Source of the DNA: Eledone cirrhosa
Lineage: Eukaryota
Length of the DNA: 64,000 nucleotides
Direction: 5' to 3'
Assembly (NCBI GenBank): GCA_964016885.1
Contig: OZ024741.1
Coordinates: forward strand, 31,000,001 to 31,064,000
The notes beneath the pieces are model-generated. The model was not told the DNA's origin and did not search any database. It saw nothing but the letters and a program-made list of their open reading frames with translations. Shown piece by piece: positions 15,679 to 29,129 of this stretch. The stretch's first letter is position 1. Each line of letters opens with the position of its first letter. The translations under genes were made by a program, and so were the position numbers.

Positions 15679-15834
15679 AGGGCGGTGGATTGGCAGTATC
15701 GGTAGAGGGTCTGACGCCATGCTCTACAGCAAAGAGTTACGCCCTTTTATGGCCTGTGTTCAAATCCCGCCGAGGTTAACTTTCCCTTTCATCCTTAACC
15801 TGTCGATAAAATAAAGCACCAGTAATACACTGGG
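15679..15834 (+). mobile_element. tRNA-derived SINE (family S1)
   Basis: A-box TGGCAGTATCGG, B-box GTTCAAATCCC, body ...CCTTTCATCC...GTCGATAAAATAAAG(C/T)ACCAG. At least 9 copies in the window. Confidence 0.85.
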
Positions 15835-16529
15835 ATAAGGTAGCTAAGCGGCAAAGTCGACATTATTTGTACTCTGAATTTAAAAGTATCTAACTATTTA
15901 ACACAAGATATTTTATTCCACTGTTTTACTGCTTTGTTTAAACTAACAGCTGTCTCGATGTTAATTATTGTTAATAATTGTTTCTACTTTTGGCACAAGG
16001 CCAGCAATTGCTCAGTACATTACTGGTACTTTATGTTATCCACCCCGTACATATGAAAGGCAAAGTTAATTATTGTTAATAATGTTAATATTGTTTCATT
16101 AGTGTCGATAGTGTTACAGAACTAAGAACAAGTTCATTCAGCCATAATCAACCCCCTTTTAGCGGTACGTAGAAATATATTATACAATATGTCCTCTCCT
16201 TCTATATGAAGTAGAGATAAATTTAAAGGAGATATGGATGTAAATACTTCGGCCAACTCCATAGATATCTCCTTGTCTTTGTAATGCCTCGTATGTTATT
16301 GTTATCGATATTTCAGATCCGTTCTCAGTTGCAAACCAATAATGAAAGGTATTCCAGCCATAACTATTCCAGGTTGATTGCAGCTATGATGTAGCACCCA
16401 ATACATTCATTAATATTTTATATTGCAAGTTGGAATAAGGATAATTGTAGCATATGAATATGTCTGCCATTTTAAACAGGGTTGGTAATCACGTAAATTT
16501 ACCATCTAACTCTACGTTTGTAACCATCT

Positions 16530-16761
16530 TCTTTTGGTTTAAAATCCCTAAAGATGATGTGGGACACAACATAGGAGGCATACGACATAACAACAAATGT
16601 AGTCACTGAGAAAGTCACAGTGTGTGTGACGAAAGAGCGTTGAGAATCAACAATTAAACATCCGGTTATTAAAGAAACCAATTGTAGGTTTATAATTAAT
16701 TTAAGTGAAATCCAACAGGTGCGTGTAGTTTTATAGGAATCATATTCCTCACAAAGTATAA

Positions 16762-16762
<1 letters not shown>
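16530..16762 (+). mobile_element. Decayed solo 3' end (pLTR) of a PLE with degenerate hammerhead; related to 57000-57309 and 41560-41917
   Basis: AGTCACTGAGAAAGTCACAGTGTGTGTGACGAAA matches 57100-57133. The 3' end CAACAGGTGCGTGT...AAGTATAA matches 57256-57305 and ends at (TA)n. Confidence 0.6.
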
Positions 16763-16798
<36 letters not shown>

Positions 16799-16876
16799 TA
16801 TTGTATAATATATTTCTACGTACCGCTAAAATGGAGGTTGATTATTTCATTTATATATATATATATATTTATATAC

Positions 16877-18157
16877 TTCTTTTGCACATGTAAAGTTGTA
16901 TTTAACTGCGAAATGTTGTCCTTGTTTAAAATAGAATATTGAACCTTCTATTAGATTTATGCATATACCACAGTTGGGCCTTCCGCATTTTTTTACTGTG
17001 AGGGTTGGTTAGATTTTGGCTTGTGTGAGGATGTTTTTTTGGACTTAGGTTGTTTTTTGCTCTTTGTGATATGTGTTTGGAGGATTTTGTTCATTCTTGG
17101 GTCTCTTTTAGTAAAGGAATGTTCTGGAGGATGGTGTCGAATGCCTCATAGTTGAGGGGATTGTGTGGAGATGTATGGTAGAGTTTTCTGTTGCGATTCA
17201 TTCCTGTGTTTGGCGTGTCTGAGTTCCTGGATGTTGAGTTTTAGGGCACGTTGGAATCCATTGTTGATTAGGGATGGTGGGTAGTTTTTGCTGATAAGTC
17301 TGTACTTTAATTCTTCTAGTCGTGTGTAGCATGTGTATTTATCTGAAACTATTGTGCAGATACTTCTGGCTATGTTATAAGGAATTGCCATTTTGGTATG
17401 GCGAAGGTGGCACAAGTTAAATGGAAGATATTGTTTGGCGTCTGTGGGTTTGTAGTATATGTCTGTTTCAATTTTGTTGTTTGTTTTCTACCTCCCCCTG
17501 AATATTAACGCTCTAAAAAGGGAAATAATATCAAACCCAGACTACCATTTGCCTCCATTATGGACCAACCAAGCGCTCTTGCCATAATAACACATTTTGA
17601 ACTGCTTATCCTCAAGAACTATGCCTGTAAATAATATTATTCTTTCTTTCCCATTACCTTATCATGTCCTACGTCACACTTTTTTTTCTTTTTTCTTTTT
17701 ACTTCAAAAACCTTGTTTGTAAATAACGTTATTCTTTCTTTCCCATTTCCTTAACATGTTCAACATCACATTATTTTCTCTCCAACATTTTAAACCAATA
17801 CATATTCCCGCCCCATTTCCTTAACATGTTCAACATCACATTATTTTCTCTCCAACATTTTAAACCAATACAAATTCCCCCCTTTGGTAATGCATAAAAT
17901 GCTGAAACCGGTAATAGACAATTATTAAATATATAAATAAATAAATAAATAAATAAATGCCATTGTTAATTAATAAATAAATTAACTAATACCTTAACAC
18001 TACACGCAAAGTAAAATATTTTGTTTTAAATATTTCTATCCCAGAAAAAAGGGGAAAAGAATATTTTATTTTTCTTCCTAATGATCGTCTTTTTCTCCCT
18101 TTTTTCATATATATATATATATTCCAACTCGTGTGCTTCTTCTCTACATTCTATAAT

Positions 18158-18160
<3 letters not shown>
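16877..18160. mobile_element. 5'-truncated PLE with inversion: RT-thumb/linker fragment on minus (16877-17490), 3' UTR/pLTR on plus (17490-18160)
   Basis: Minus strand reads TDIYYKPTDAKQYL..CHLRHTKMAIPYNIAR..KNYPPSLI and KKCGRPNCGIC. The plus part is homologous to 26430-26966. Flanked by (TA)n. Confidence 0.8.
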
Positions 18161-18198
<38 letters not shown>

Positions 18199-18207
18199 TA
18201 TATATAC

Positions 18208-18357
18208 TTTGCAGCAAAGAGTTACGTCCCTTTACGGACTGAGTTCAAATCCCGCCAAGGTTAACTTTGCCTTTCATCGTTACGGGGTCGATAAAATAAA
18301 GTACCAGTAATGCACTGGGGTAATTGCTAGCCCCGTGCCAAAAGTAGAAACAATTAT
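18208..18357 (+). mobile_element. SINE S1, 5'-truncated
   Basis: GAGTTCAAATCCCGCC..TTTGCCTTTCATCG..GGGGTCGATAAAATAAAGTACCAG. Confidence 0.85.
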
Positions 18358-18464
18358 TATTCTATTATTGATATATGTATATATATATACACACACGCAG
18401 CACGCACATATATATATGTATATATATATATATATATATGCATATATATATATATATATATATA

Positions 18465-18778
<314 letters not shown>

Positions 18779-18786
18779 GAGAGAGA

Positions 18787-18960
18787 ATGGAAAACGAAAA
18801 ATCAGTGATGCATCGGAACTCAATGTATTGCGTATTACAATTGTTTCCCCGGCGAACAGCTCGAGGTGCGATCTGTGTGTGTGGATCGATTCTGGATTCA
18901 CAGGTTCCTCAGACAATGTCTATTGATTTTGGAGCAGATCCTCTTTCTGGGGTTTCTCTT
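18787..18960 (-). mobile_element. pLTR fragment (family N) with extended-stem-II HHR motif (core CUGAGGA) at 18831-18916
   Basis: Homologous to 23882-24060. Minus strand reads CTGAGGA...GAAA-CAATTG-TA. Confidence 0.65.
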
Positions 18961-19499
18961 TTTCCACCTTCATTCTCTTTGCGCGTCCTTGGATTGGTCA
19001 CTGGTTAGTGACGTTATCATAATTCTGACCACTGGTAGCAGCCCACTGACCATCGGGGCGTGAGATGCAACTAACCCACTGTCCCGTCGGCAAAATGACT
19101 GCTGTGTTTGCCTGCTCAGACTCTCACGCGCACATTCACACACATGCAGAGAGACAGATACATACACACATATAATACACACACATATAAACACACACAT
19201 AAACCGTCACACAAATATACGCATACATGCACACACAGACACACACACGCGCGCGCGCGTGTATATACACACGCATACACACACACACATACATGTACCT
19301 GTATATATAGATACACACACACACGTACACATGCGTACATATACACGCACAGATATATATACATACACATACATACACACATACACACACCTGCACATAT
19401 ATATGTATATATACACATACATATACATATATATATATATACACCTACCCACAAGCCCACACACACGTATACACACATACATCTACACACATGCATATA

Positions 19500-20187
19500 T
19501 ATATATGCGTGTGTGCGCGTTTGCGTGCGTGTGGGACCGGATGTATGGCGCGGTTTAGGCAGGCGTTAATAGGCTTGTGCCGGTTGGTATCTAGAAGTGG
19601 GTGTGCCTGGGTTTGTGGAAGAGAAGGAGAGTGTGTGCATGTATATATGGGCATGGGGTATGTGTGTCTACACATATATGCGTACATATGTGTATGCATG
19701 CACGTGTCTGTGCCTGCCCGTATGTGTGTGTGTGTGTGTGTGGGTACATACTCTGGAGTGTGAACAGACGTGTGAAATACCGAACCCAGCATGACTCCGT
19801 TGAAGTGTGTCGGACGGAAAATGGCTGATGACCCGTGTAGCAGTAAATAGTGACCAGACTTAAGATGACGTATAACAACAGCCAATGGCATGACAAGAGT
19901 GGAAGATGTTTTTTGAAGGTGTTTTTTGACGATAACACCCCAGTGAGAAAATTTGCTCCGAACGAACTGCCCGTGTCCGAAGGAACCTGAAGCCCTAGAA
20001 TCAGCCAGATTCATACAGTGATCATGTCTCGAGCAACCTGCCGGCGAAACAATTGTAACACGCAATAAACTGAGTCCAGATGCATCACTGATTTTTAATT
20101 TTTTTATACTATCCACACTCTGCTCTGTATGAATATTGAGTGCTAATTTTGGCATACCTCCTATGGAAGCACCATAGCTACCATTAT
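19500..20187 (+). mobile_element. pLTR copy (family N) with mutated HHR at 19972-20062
   Basis: Homologous to 28590-28989. Reads CGTGT-CCGAAGG...GAAA-CAATTG-TA-ACACG. Confidence 0.65.
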
Positions 20188-20249
<62 letters not shown>

Positions 20250-20799
20250 ACAGTTTTTTTCTCCCTCACACACTCACACATATACTCTTACACATAAATA
20301 TATATATATACATATATTTACACACACATAAAACATATATAAACAATATATAAGAAAAGCATATAAAGATACACTTGGGCTGTACATGAAAAAATACACC
20401 TAGATGTACATGCTGACAGAGTTGTTATTATGTTGCCAACGTGAATTAATCCACGTATAAAAACCTCAAGCAAAACTACATATGGGGAGTTCAGGGTAGT
20501 AATGTAGAGTGTATGCCCAGACTATATATAGAAAATGTATGCAGAATATATAAAAAATATACATATATCGGAATTATATAAGAAAAGTATATAATGATAC
20601 ACATTGGTTTGTACATGGAAGTTGAGCTACCGGGTCCCGGCTCATGCAATGTCGCTGCCTAAGATGACGTGCAGAGTCTTATAGGCAGCATAGGTTGTAT
20701 CGACTTACCCAACAGGGCATACATAGTCAACATGGTATGGTGTCTGATGCCTTACACCCGCACCACCACTCGGACCGGCGTCCGCTACCCCGCATGCCT

Positions 20800-21727
20800 T
20801 TAGTTTGGGCCGTCTGGTTGTGTCCAGGCGGAGAATGTACGCCTTCTCTGGTGTCTGCACGTCATGATAAACTCCGATTGTTTGTTGACAGCATCATCCT
20901 TTAATCTGACTATGTACATGGCCTCAGATAAGCATAGACTACACTTCCTTTTTCCAGCCGAATATGCATTTGCATGTTGAACGATACTCCAGTTGAGATC
21001 ATACGGGGTGCCGTTGTCTTTCAAGTCCCATATTAGGTCCGCCAGCCTAGTAGAGCGTCTCTTGCTCCCGTCCTTGAAAGAGTTTGTGTGATTATACATC
21101 ATCGATTTAACGGTCGTGGATGTTGCGGCTGTGTAGGTGCGATTGGTGTTATGCGTGTTAACCACACATTTATATACTAGGCCCTTCGTTAGGCATCTTC
21201 CCTGCAGAAGGCATTATGTGCCCGCTCTGCAGTTGCATGTTTGGTCGTTATGTTGCTCATTTCTAACGCTGGGCCCTTGGTCTGCTATTTCATTCCCCCG
21301 ATTCTCTGGGTGTTGTTCTGTCGGTGCGGTGGGCTCCCCTCTATCATTCAGTTCCGCTTAGCATTCGATGACAGCGTCTTCCGCGGGTATGGCGGCCGCT
21401 CCGAGGACCGGAGCATAGTTGGAAACCCAGTCTGCAAGGGCCCCTCCGGGCCCCACGGTATAGTCAGTCGCCTGCCGCTGTTGACGGACGAGTTTCCCCA
21501 ACTTCACCGCGTTGGTTTTGGCCATGTAGTCTGCCATGTTAGGTGCAGTGGAGAAGGAGAACTTCACCGTGTTGCAGTTGAATAACCTGTGGTACCTGCT
21601 AGACAGCGGGAGGCACTCGCCCAACGCTCGGAAGAAGAGGTCTGGTACATTGCTGCATACCTGCTTCGAATACGGCGCGTTAAACCATGTAATGGTCTTA
21701 GACCTTGTCCTATTCCGTCGTCTGTGT

Positions 21728-21808
<81 letters not shown>

Positions 21809-23681
21809 ATGTGTGTAGGGTCAGGTGTCCGTCCAGGGGTTGTGTCTGCCCGCTATTTCGTCCCCTATGTTGCCGTTATCTACTGTGTGAGTCGGGGTTA
21901 CGCCGTTCGCTTACTGAAGTATTCCGTTCTATATTGTCGGCTCTACTGGTAGTCCCGTTAATGCTATCTGGTGCTGTTGTCGGGGCTATTTCATTGATAC
22001 TGATCCGGGTGTTTCTTCTACCTGGTTTCACGCAGGTATCTGTCTTTACCCTGTCCCTATTTCTAGTGTCCGCGTCGCGTATTGTGTCCATGCCAGGATT
22101 CCGTTTGCGTGTGATGCGTGGTCTACCATTTGCGTGTGCCTTCGTCTGTCTTAGCGTCAGTCTTGCATCCTTGCGGTAATGTATACTGTTACTCCTATTC
22201 CTAGATGCTAGTTCCGGGTTGTACTGTCTACCTATGGAAGTACTATTGCTATCCTCATATCCGGGTGCCTCGCCGCTAGGCCCTTCCCTGTCCGGGGCGT
22301 ACATTATGGCTTCTGTGTAACTGGCCTTGCACAGTGCTTCATTATAATAGTCGGCGTGCTGGTATGGACAGTATGGATACGCGTTTGGATACCCCTTTTA
22401 CTACGGCGTCTATGATGGACTTGCGGTGGTTCGAGTGCCTGTTCACATATTGCAGGTTCTCGTTGGGCTTGTGGTATGGTCGGTGTATGCCCGTATTCAG
22501 TTCTAGAGTTACATCTAGGAAATTCACCTTCTCCGTGCTAGGATCTATCAGCAAGGATAAGCCGTGTTACTTAATAACATGTGATATGCGATTCCTCATA
22601 CGGTCCAGCTGGTTGGAGTTTAGGGAGCGGAAGGTAAATAGTGCGTCGTCTCTATATATTCCTCCACCGACCCTGGGATCTTCTCCGCTAGCCTTTGGAG
22701 ATCCGTCACCTGCGCAGAGTCACTCAACCCCATAGCAATATCGAAACTGTCGGGTCTGTCTCTCTTCTCCCATAATTTATTGTCGAAGCTAATTAACGTC
22801 TTTCTCGCTGCTGTTATGATGTTTGCTTCTTCTTTTGTGAGGTTGGACTTAGCCATGGCGCTCATGAGGGCCTTGTTCACGATTACTGGTGATACGGACG
22901 CGTAGTAATTCGCTACGTCTAACTGAATGACATTTACCTGTTGCTTGCTATCTAATAGCAAGAACCAGTCAATTACCTCCTTGGTGGAGGTCCATAAGCT
23001 AAGCCTAGTTTTATGCCTAAGTACCAGTAGTATCCTATCTATGATATTCTTACTGGCCCAACTTAGGTCCGATTTGAAGGGTGCTATTAACCAAACGGGG
23101 AGATTTGTCCTAAAGTCTAATTTGTGATCCTTAATGGATATCCGCGGTTTTCTGGTTACATAGGGCTTTGTCCTATCATCCATTTCTAGCCCTGTCATTA
23201 TTGTTTTGGTCGTGGCGTTAATGTTATCTAGGTTGTCCTGTCCTGTGGTCCTATAGTTTTTCCTAACCTCTTTCCCGATGCAGTCGTTGTATGTAAATTG
23301 GTAAAGCATGCATACAATTACCGGTTATGTCCGAGGGCAGATGTAAATCAGGGCATCTTTCCATGCTTTTGATTGTGGAGCTGAGTTTCCTCAGGTAATC
23401 ATTATTGCATTATTGATATTTCGGACGATGCTGACGATACGGTTTTCAATTTCTTCCAGCAGTGCGTTATGTGGTGAGTGTCATCTTGATTTAAAGATCC
23501 GTTTGAGGCGGTCCTGAGGATTGTCGTGTGCGTGCTCCTGGTTCATTTTGTCGTGGTGGAATGCGCGCCATCTAATGCATCTAATGAAGGAGTTGGTGTG
23601 GAGGATCAATAGGTTCATGTAGATATGGTTAGAAAGGATCGGGATGTCCTTTAAAGAGGAAGAGTACTGGAATTATTCCAT
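20800..23681 (-). pseudogene. Decayed near-full-length PLE ORF (RT + GIY-YIG endonuclease), Naiad-like; multiple stops and frameshifts
   Basis: N-terminus SLKDIPI..FIRCIRWRAF. RT motifs LDVANYYASV, FDIAMGLSDSAQVTDL, FLDVTLEL..RPYHKPN..YVNRHSNH. CNC..CLLQGRC knuckle and a GIY-YIG-like C-terminus ending CSLCLSE..VNKQSEFIMTCRH. An (ACT)n expansion lies at 21728-21807. Confidence 0.85.
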
Positions 23682-23838
23682 GGCGATTCGCTGTAAGCGC
23701 TCTACTTGTAAAGTAGTGTAATATATGTCTAATGGAAGCTAAGCTGCTTCCATAAGCGGTATGCCGATTGAGCACTCTATGCTCCTACGGAGCAGAGTAT
23801 GATAGAGTGGAAAACCAAAAATCAGTGATGCATTGAAA

Positions 23839-23881
<43 letters not shown>

Positions 23882-23883
<2 letters not shown>

Positions 23884-24960
23884 GAAAACGAAAAATCAGT
23901 GATGCATCTGGACTCAGTTTATTGTGTGTTACAATTGTTTCGCTGGCAGATACCTCGAGACAGGATCATTTTATGGATCTGTCTGATTCTAGATCTGCAG
24001 GTTCTTCAGACACATGTAATACTTTCGGAACAAATTTTCTCACTCGGGTGTTAGCTTCAAAAAACATCTTCCTTTCTTGCTATTGGCTGTTGTTTTTCTA
24101 CGTCATCATAAATTCTGGACAACATTTGCTGCCATACTGGCCATCAGCTACTCTCCGTCCGACACACCTCAATGGACTCATGCTGGGTTTGGTATTTCAC
24201 AAGTCCACTCACACACACATATATACTCACACATACACACAGATATATACAAATACACACATACACATACACACGCACACGTACATATATACGCATACAC
24301 ATATGTACACACACATATGTACTAATATACACCCGCATACATATACATATACACTCTCTCTCTCTCTCACACACACACTTCCCACGACCATATACATACC
24401 AACATACACGTCCACAGGCGCCTGCCTATATGTCCTCGTACATCCGCTCTCAAACGCACGCACACGCGCACACACACACACACACACGTACACGCATACA
24501 AGGACACATACCTACGTACGCGTACATTTGATCACGCGGTAGCACGCACCGACCTGAGCGATGAAACGGGTTTAAGGGACCAGACACCATACCCTGATGA
24601 CATTATATGCCCCGTGGGGTAAACCAAAATAACCCAAGATGCACACCTGACTACGCACGTCACCTTAGGTTGGAACATCGGCTGCGCCGGGACAGGCTGA
24701 CCCGGATTCCACGGTCGTTCAGTCAAGTAGCCTGCACCTATAGGACAACACACCTCATCCACAATGACATACCCCAATGTGACCAGGCTGCGCGCCCCCT
24801 TTATGTGTACCTCTTCAATCGTGAATACATACTCTCCAGGTGTTCCACTTTGGAACACTTATTGTTTGTTCCATACACAGACCTAAGTGTGCATATCATA
24901 CTACCCATGAGTGGTATATCACACGAATACATGTACCTTCCCCTTTTTTTATATATCTCT
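23882..24960. mobile_element. Family N pLTR (23882-24530, minus, HHR at 23925-24014) joined to an inverted 3'-UTR-like segment (24540-24960)
   Basis: 23882-24530 is a close reverse complement of 28260-28910. 24568-24680 is a diverged reverse complement of 20650-20760, just downstream of the Naiad-like ORF. Confidence 0.7.
23925..24014 (-). ncRNA. Type I hammerhead ribozyme motif with long stem II
   Basis: UGUGU-CUGAAGA-[~60-nt imperfect hairpin: GCAGAU/AUCUGC, AGACAG/CUGUCU, GAUC/GAUC]-GAAA-CAAUUG-UA-ACACA. Stem I is 5 bp; stem III is palindromic. Confidence 0.7.
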
Positions 24961-25159
24961 TTGTGACGTTATATGCATATTTTAATGTAATGTATTTTAA
25001 TATATCGTACATTTATGTTATTGTTTTTATATGTGTGTATATGCATAGGCGTATGTAGATATATATATGTCTGTGTGTGTATGTATGTACATATATATGT
25101 GTATGTGTATATATGTATATGTATATAATAATAAAATGTGGAGAGAAAGCACACGAGTT

Positions 25160-25212
<53 letters not shown>

Positions 25213-25239
25213 ACAGGGAGAAAGAGACGAAAAAGAATT

Positions 25240-26966
25240 AGGTAGGGTGTGAGGGAGATAACTCTTGTAAATGTTTGATGGTTTGTTGCAGTTTTAGATT
25301 GGTCCGATTTTTAGAGCATTGAGTACTGGTTGAAATTTATTAATGAAATGTGTTACCTTATTGGTACGTCGGATGAAACTAGCGTTGTCTATGAATTTGT
25401 AAATGGTGAACATTTTAAAGTTTGGATGTTGGTTGAGAGCACAATTGGCGATATGTTCACTAAATGCAATCTTTCTGTATTCCTGTATTTTAATTTGTGA
25501 TTTATGGACGGTCATAGGTTGTCGGGGGCTGTTTTTTGTCTGTCCTATATAGTGCTCTTGCACAATAGTTTCAGATAAATACGCATGCTACACACGACTA
25601 GAAGAATTAAAAAAAACACTTATCAGCAGAAACTACTCATCATCCCTAATCACCAATGGATTCCAACGTGCCCTAAACTAGACATCCAGGAACCCAGACA
25701 CCCAAACCCAGGAATGAGCCGCAACAAAAAACACACAACCCCCTCAACAATGAGGCATTCGACACCATCCTCCATAACATTCCTTTACTAAAAAGAGACC
25801 TAAGAATGAATATCCTCCAATTACACAACATCATAAAGAGCAAAAGACAACCCAAATCCATAAAAAAACATCCTCACACAAGCCAAAATCCAACAAACCC
25901 TCACAATGAACCCTACAGTATCAAAATGCGGAAGGCCCAACTGTGGCATATGCATAAATCTAATAGAAGGTTCAATATTCCATTTTAAACAAGGACAACG
26001 TTTCACAGTTAAACACAACTTTACATGTGCATCTGAAAACCTTATCTATGTTTTGACCTGCTCAGGTTGTCAAGAGCACTACATAGGACAGACAAAAAAA
26101 TAGCCTCCGTCAACGTATGACCGTCCATAAATCACAAATTAAAATACAGGAATACAGAAAGATTGCATTTAGTGAACATATCACCAATTGTGCTCTCAAC
26201 CAACATCCAAACTTTAAAATTTTTCCCCATTTACAAATTCATAGACAACGCTAATTTCATCCAACGTACCAATAAGGAAACACATTTCATTAATAAATTT
26301 CAACCACTACTCAATGCTCTAAAATTCGGACAAATCTAAAACTGCAACAAACCATCAAACATTTACAAGAGTTACCTCCCTCACACCCTACCTGATCCTT
26401 TTTCTCAAATAAATTAAATATCACCCAGCAAGAATTGCTTCCCCCTGCATATTAACTCTCTAAAAAGGGAAATCATATCACACCTCAGTCCACCATTTGC
26501 CCCCTTCACGGAACCATGGTTCAACTAAGCACCCTTGCTATATTGACACATTTTGAACTGCTTATCTTCAATGACTTTGCTTGTAAATAACATTATTGTT
26601 TCTTCCACATTGACTTTTTACGTTCCACATTATGCACGGTTTTTTCCTTTTTTCTTTTTTGACTTCTTAAACCTTGTTTGTATATAACCTTCTGTTTAAC
26701 ATGTGCGACACCGCACTAATACATTTCACTATCATTTGATAATGCATATAAATGCTGAAACCGGTAATAGACAATAATTAAATGTATAAATAGGTAAATA
26801 AATGCCATTGTTAAATAATAAATAAATCAACTAATACCTTAACACTTCACACAAAGTAAAACATTTCGTTTTAATCATTTTCTAACCCAGAAACAAGAGA
26901 GAGAGAAACAAAAAAGGAAAAAAAAAATGTTTCTTCCTCATAATCGTCTCTTTCTCCCTGTTTTCA
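25240..26966 (+). mobile_element. 5'-truncated PLE: linker + GIY-YIG + 3' pLTR (25561-26966), preceded by an inverted copy of part of its own 3' region (25240-25560)
   Basis: KCGRPNCGIC..FTCASENLIYVLTCSGCQEHYIGQT..FINKFQPLLN. 25240-25560 is the reverse complement of 26071-26393. HHR variant at 26729-26770. Confidence 0.85.
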
Positions 26967-26969
26967 TAT

Positions 26970-27083
<114 letters not shown>

Positions 27084-27233
27084 CGTGTATGTATATATGT
27101 CTATATCTATGTGTGTGTATATATGTGTATGTATATATATATATGTGTATATGTTACGTGAATGTGTATGGATGTATTGTATATTTATTTTATTGTTTTT
27201 ATATGTGTGTATATGTGTAAGCGTATGTGTGTG

Positions 27234-27266
<33 letters not shown>

Positions 27267-28259
27267 CTATATATATATATATATATGGGTGTGTGCATGC
27301 ATGTATATATATATATATATATATATATAGGGGGGGGAGTATGTGTGTATATATATGTATATAAACGCATGTATATGTTACGTGAATGTTTATGGATGCA
27401 TGTATATGACTATAATGTTTATATCCGTGTATATGTAATACAAGCTACGTCTTTTAAGGTACGACGTTAGATACATATCTTAGTATATTGGAGTTTTTTT
27501 TTATACATGTGTAGGTATGTGAGTGTAGGTACGTTCATATGTGGGTGTGTATGTGTGGGTGTGTACAGATGTGTATATATATATATGTATTTATATACAT
27601 ATATGTATATATATATATGTATGTGTATGTATGTGTGTATGTGTGTATGTGTGTATGTGTGTGTATATGTGTATATATGTATGTGTATATGTGTATATAT
27701 ATATATATATGTGTATATATATATATACACATTTATTTATTTTTCTATTTACTTATTTATTTATGTATGTGTGTATGTATGCATGCATGTATATGTATGG
27801 ATGTATGTATATAGTTACATGGTTTATATTTGTGCATGTATAACAGGATGCATCCTTCCATGGATGACCATGTATGACTTTTTGTGCAGATGTATATGAC
27901 TGTGCGTATAACACATTGGGGTACGGACAGAGATATATACATGTGTGCGTGTATGTGTCTTTGTGGATGTACGTAGACACGGAGGTAATTGAGCGCGTAT
28001 TTGTTGAAATATATATGATCCAGTGCGTGTGTGTGGGGAGGGAGGGGGTATGTGTATGTGTGTGTATGTGCACGTGCATAGGGTAGGGATTGTTTGTGAG
28101 TATGTTTTGTGCGTGTGCATATACATATATGTAGATATCTGTAGATATATGTGATGATATGTCTTTGGGAGCGTGTCTGTGTTTGTCCCTCTCTATAAGG
28201 ACAGGCGTGCATATGTACGTGTGTGTGTCTATGTATATGTCTGTACGTGTTTGTGTATA

Positions 28260-28989
28260 TGAGCAAATGTACGCGTACGTAGATATGTGTCCTTGTATGC
28301 GTGTACGTGTGTGTGAGTGTGTGTGTGTGCGTGTGCGTGCGTTTGAGAGCGGATGTACGAGGACATATAGGCAGGCGCCTGTGGACGTGTATGTTGGTAT
28401 GTATATGGTCGTGGGAAGTGTGTGTGTGTGAGAGAGAGAGACTGTATATGTATATGTATGCGGGTGTATATTCGTACATATGTGTGTGTACATATGTGTA
28501 TGCGTATATATGTACGTGTGCGCGTGTGTGTGTGTATGCGTATATATGTTTGCGTATATGTGTGGGTATATATGTGTGTGTGAGCGGACTTGTGAAATAC
28601 CAAACCCAGCATGTGTCCATTGAGGTGTGTCGGTCAGAGAGTAGCTGATGGCCAGTATGGCAGCAAATATTGCCCAGAATTTATGATGACGTAGAAAAAC
28701 AACAGCCAATAGCAAGAAAAGAGAGGAAGATGTTTTTTGAAGCTAACACCCCAGTGAAAGAATTTGTTCCGAAAGTATTGCATGTGTCCGAGGAACTGCA
28801 GTTCTAGAAGACAGATCCATAAAATGATCCTGTCTCGAGGTATCTGCCGGCGAAACAATTGTAACACACAATAAACTGAGGCCAGATGCATCACTGAATT
28901 TTCGTTTTCTATTATATCACACTCTGCTCTGTAAGAACATAGAGTGCTCGCATGGCACACCGCCTATGGAAGCATCATAGCTACCATTA
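28260..28989 (+). mobile_element. Family N pLTR with HHR motif at 28783-28868 (core CCGAGGA, mutated)
   Basis: Reverse complement of 23882-24530. The 3' tail matches 20070-20187 and the reverse complement of 23730-23840. Confidence 0.75.
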
Positions 28990-28995
28990 AACACA

Positions 28996-29059
<64 letters not shown>

Positions 29060-29065
29060 TGTGTA

Positions 29066-29129
<64 letters not shown>

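Noticed and set aside
19108-19569. His/Thr- and Cys/Val-rich ORFs here and at 27000-29500, 49384-50032, 53573-54121 and 62974-63650
   Set aside because: Translations of (CA)n, (TA)n and (TG)n microsatellites.
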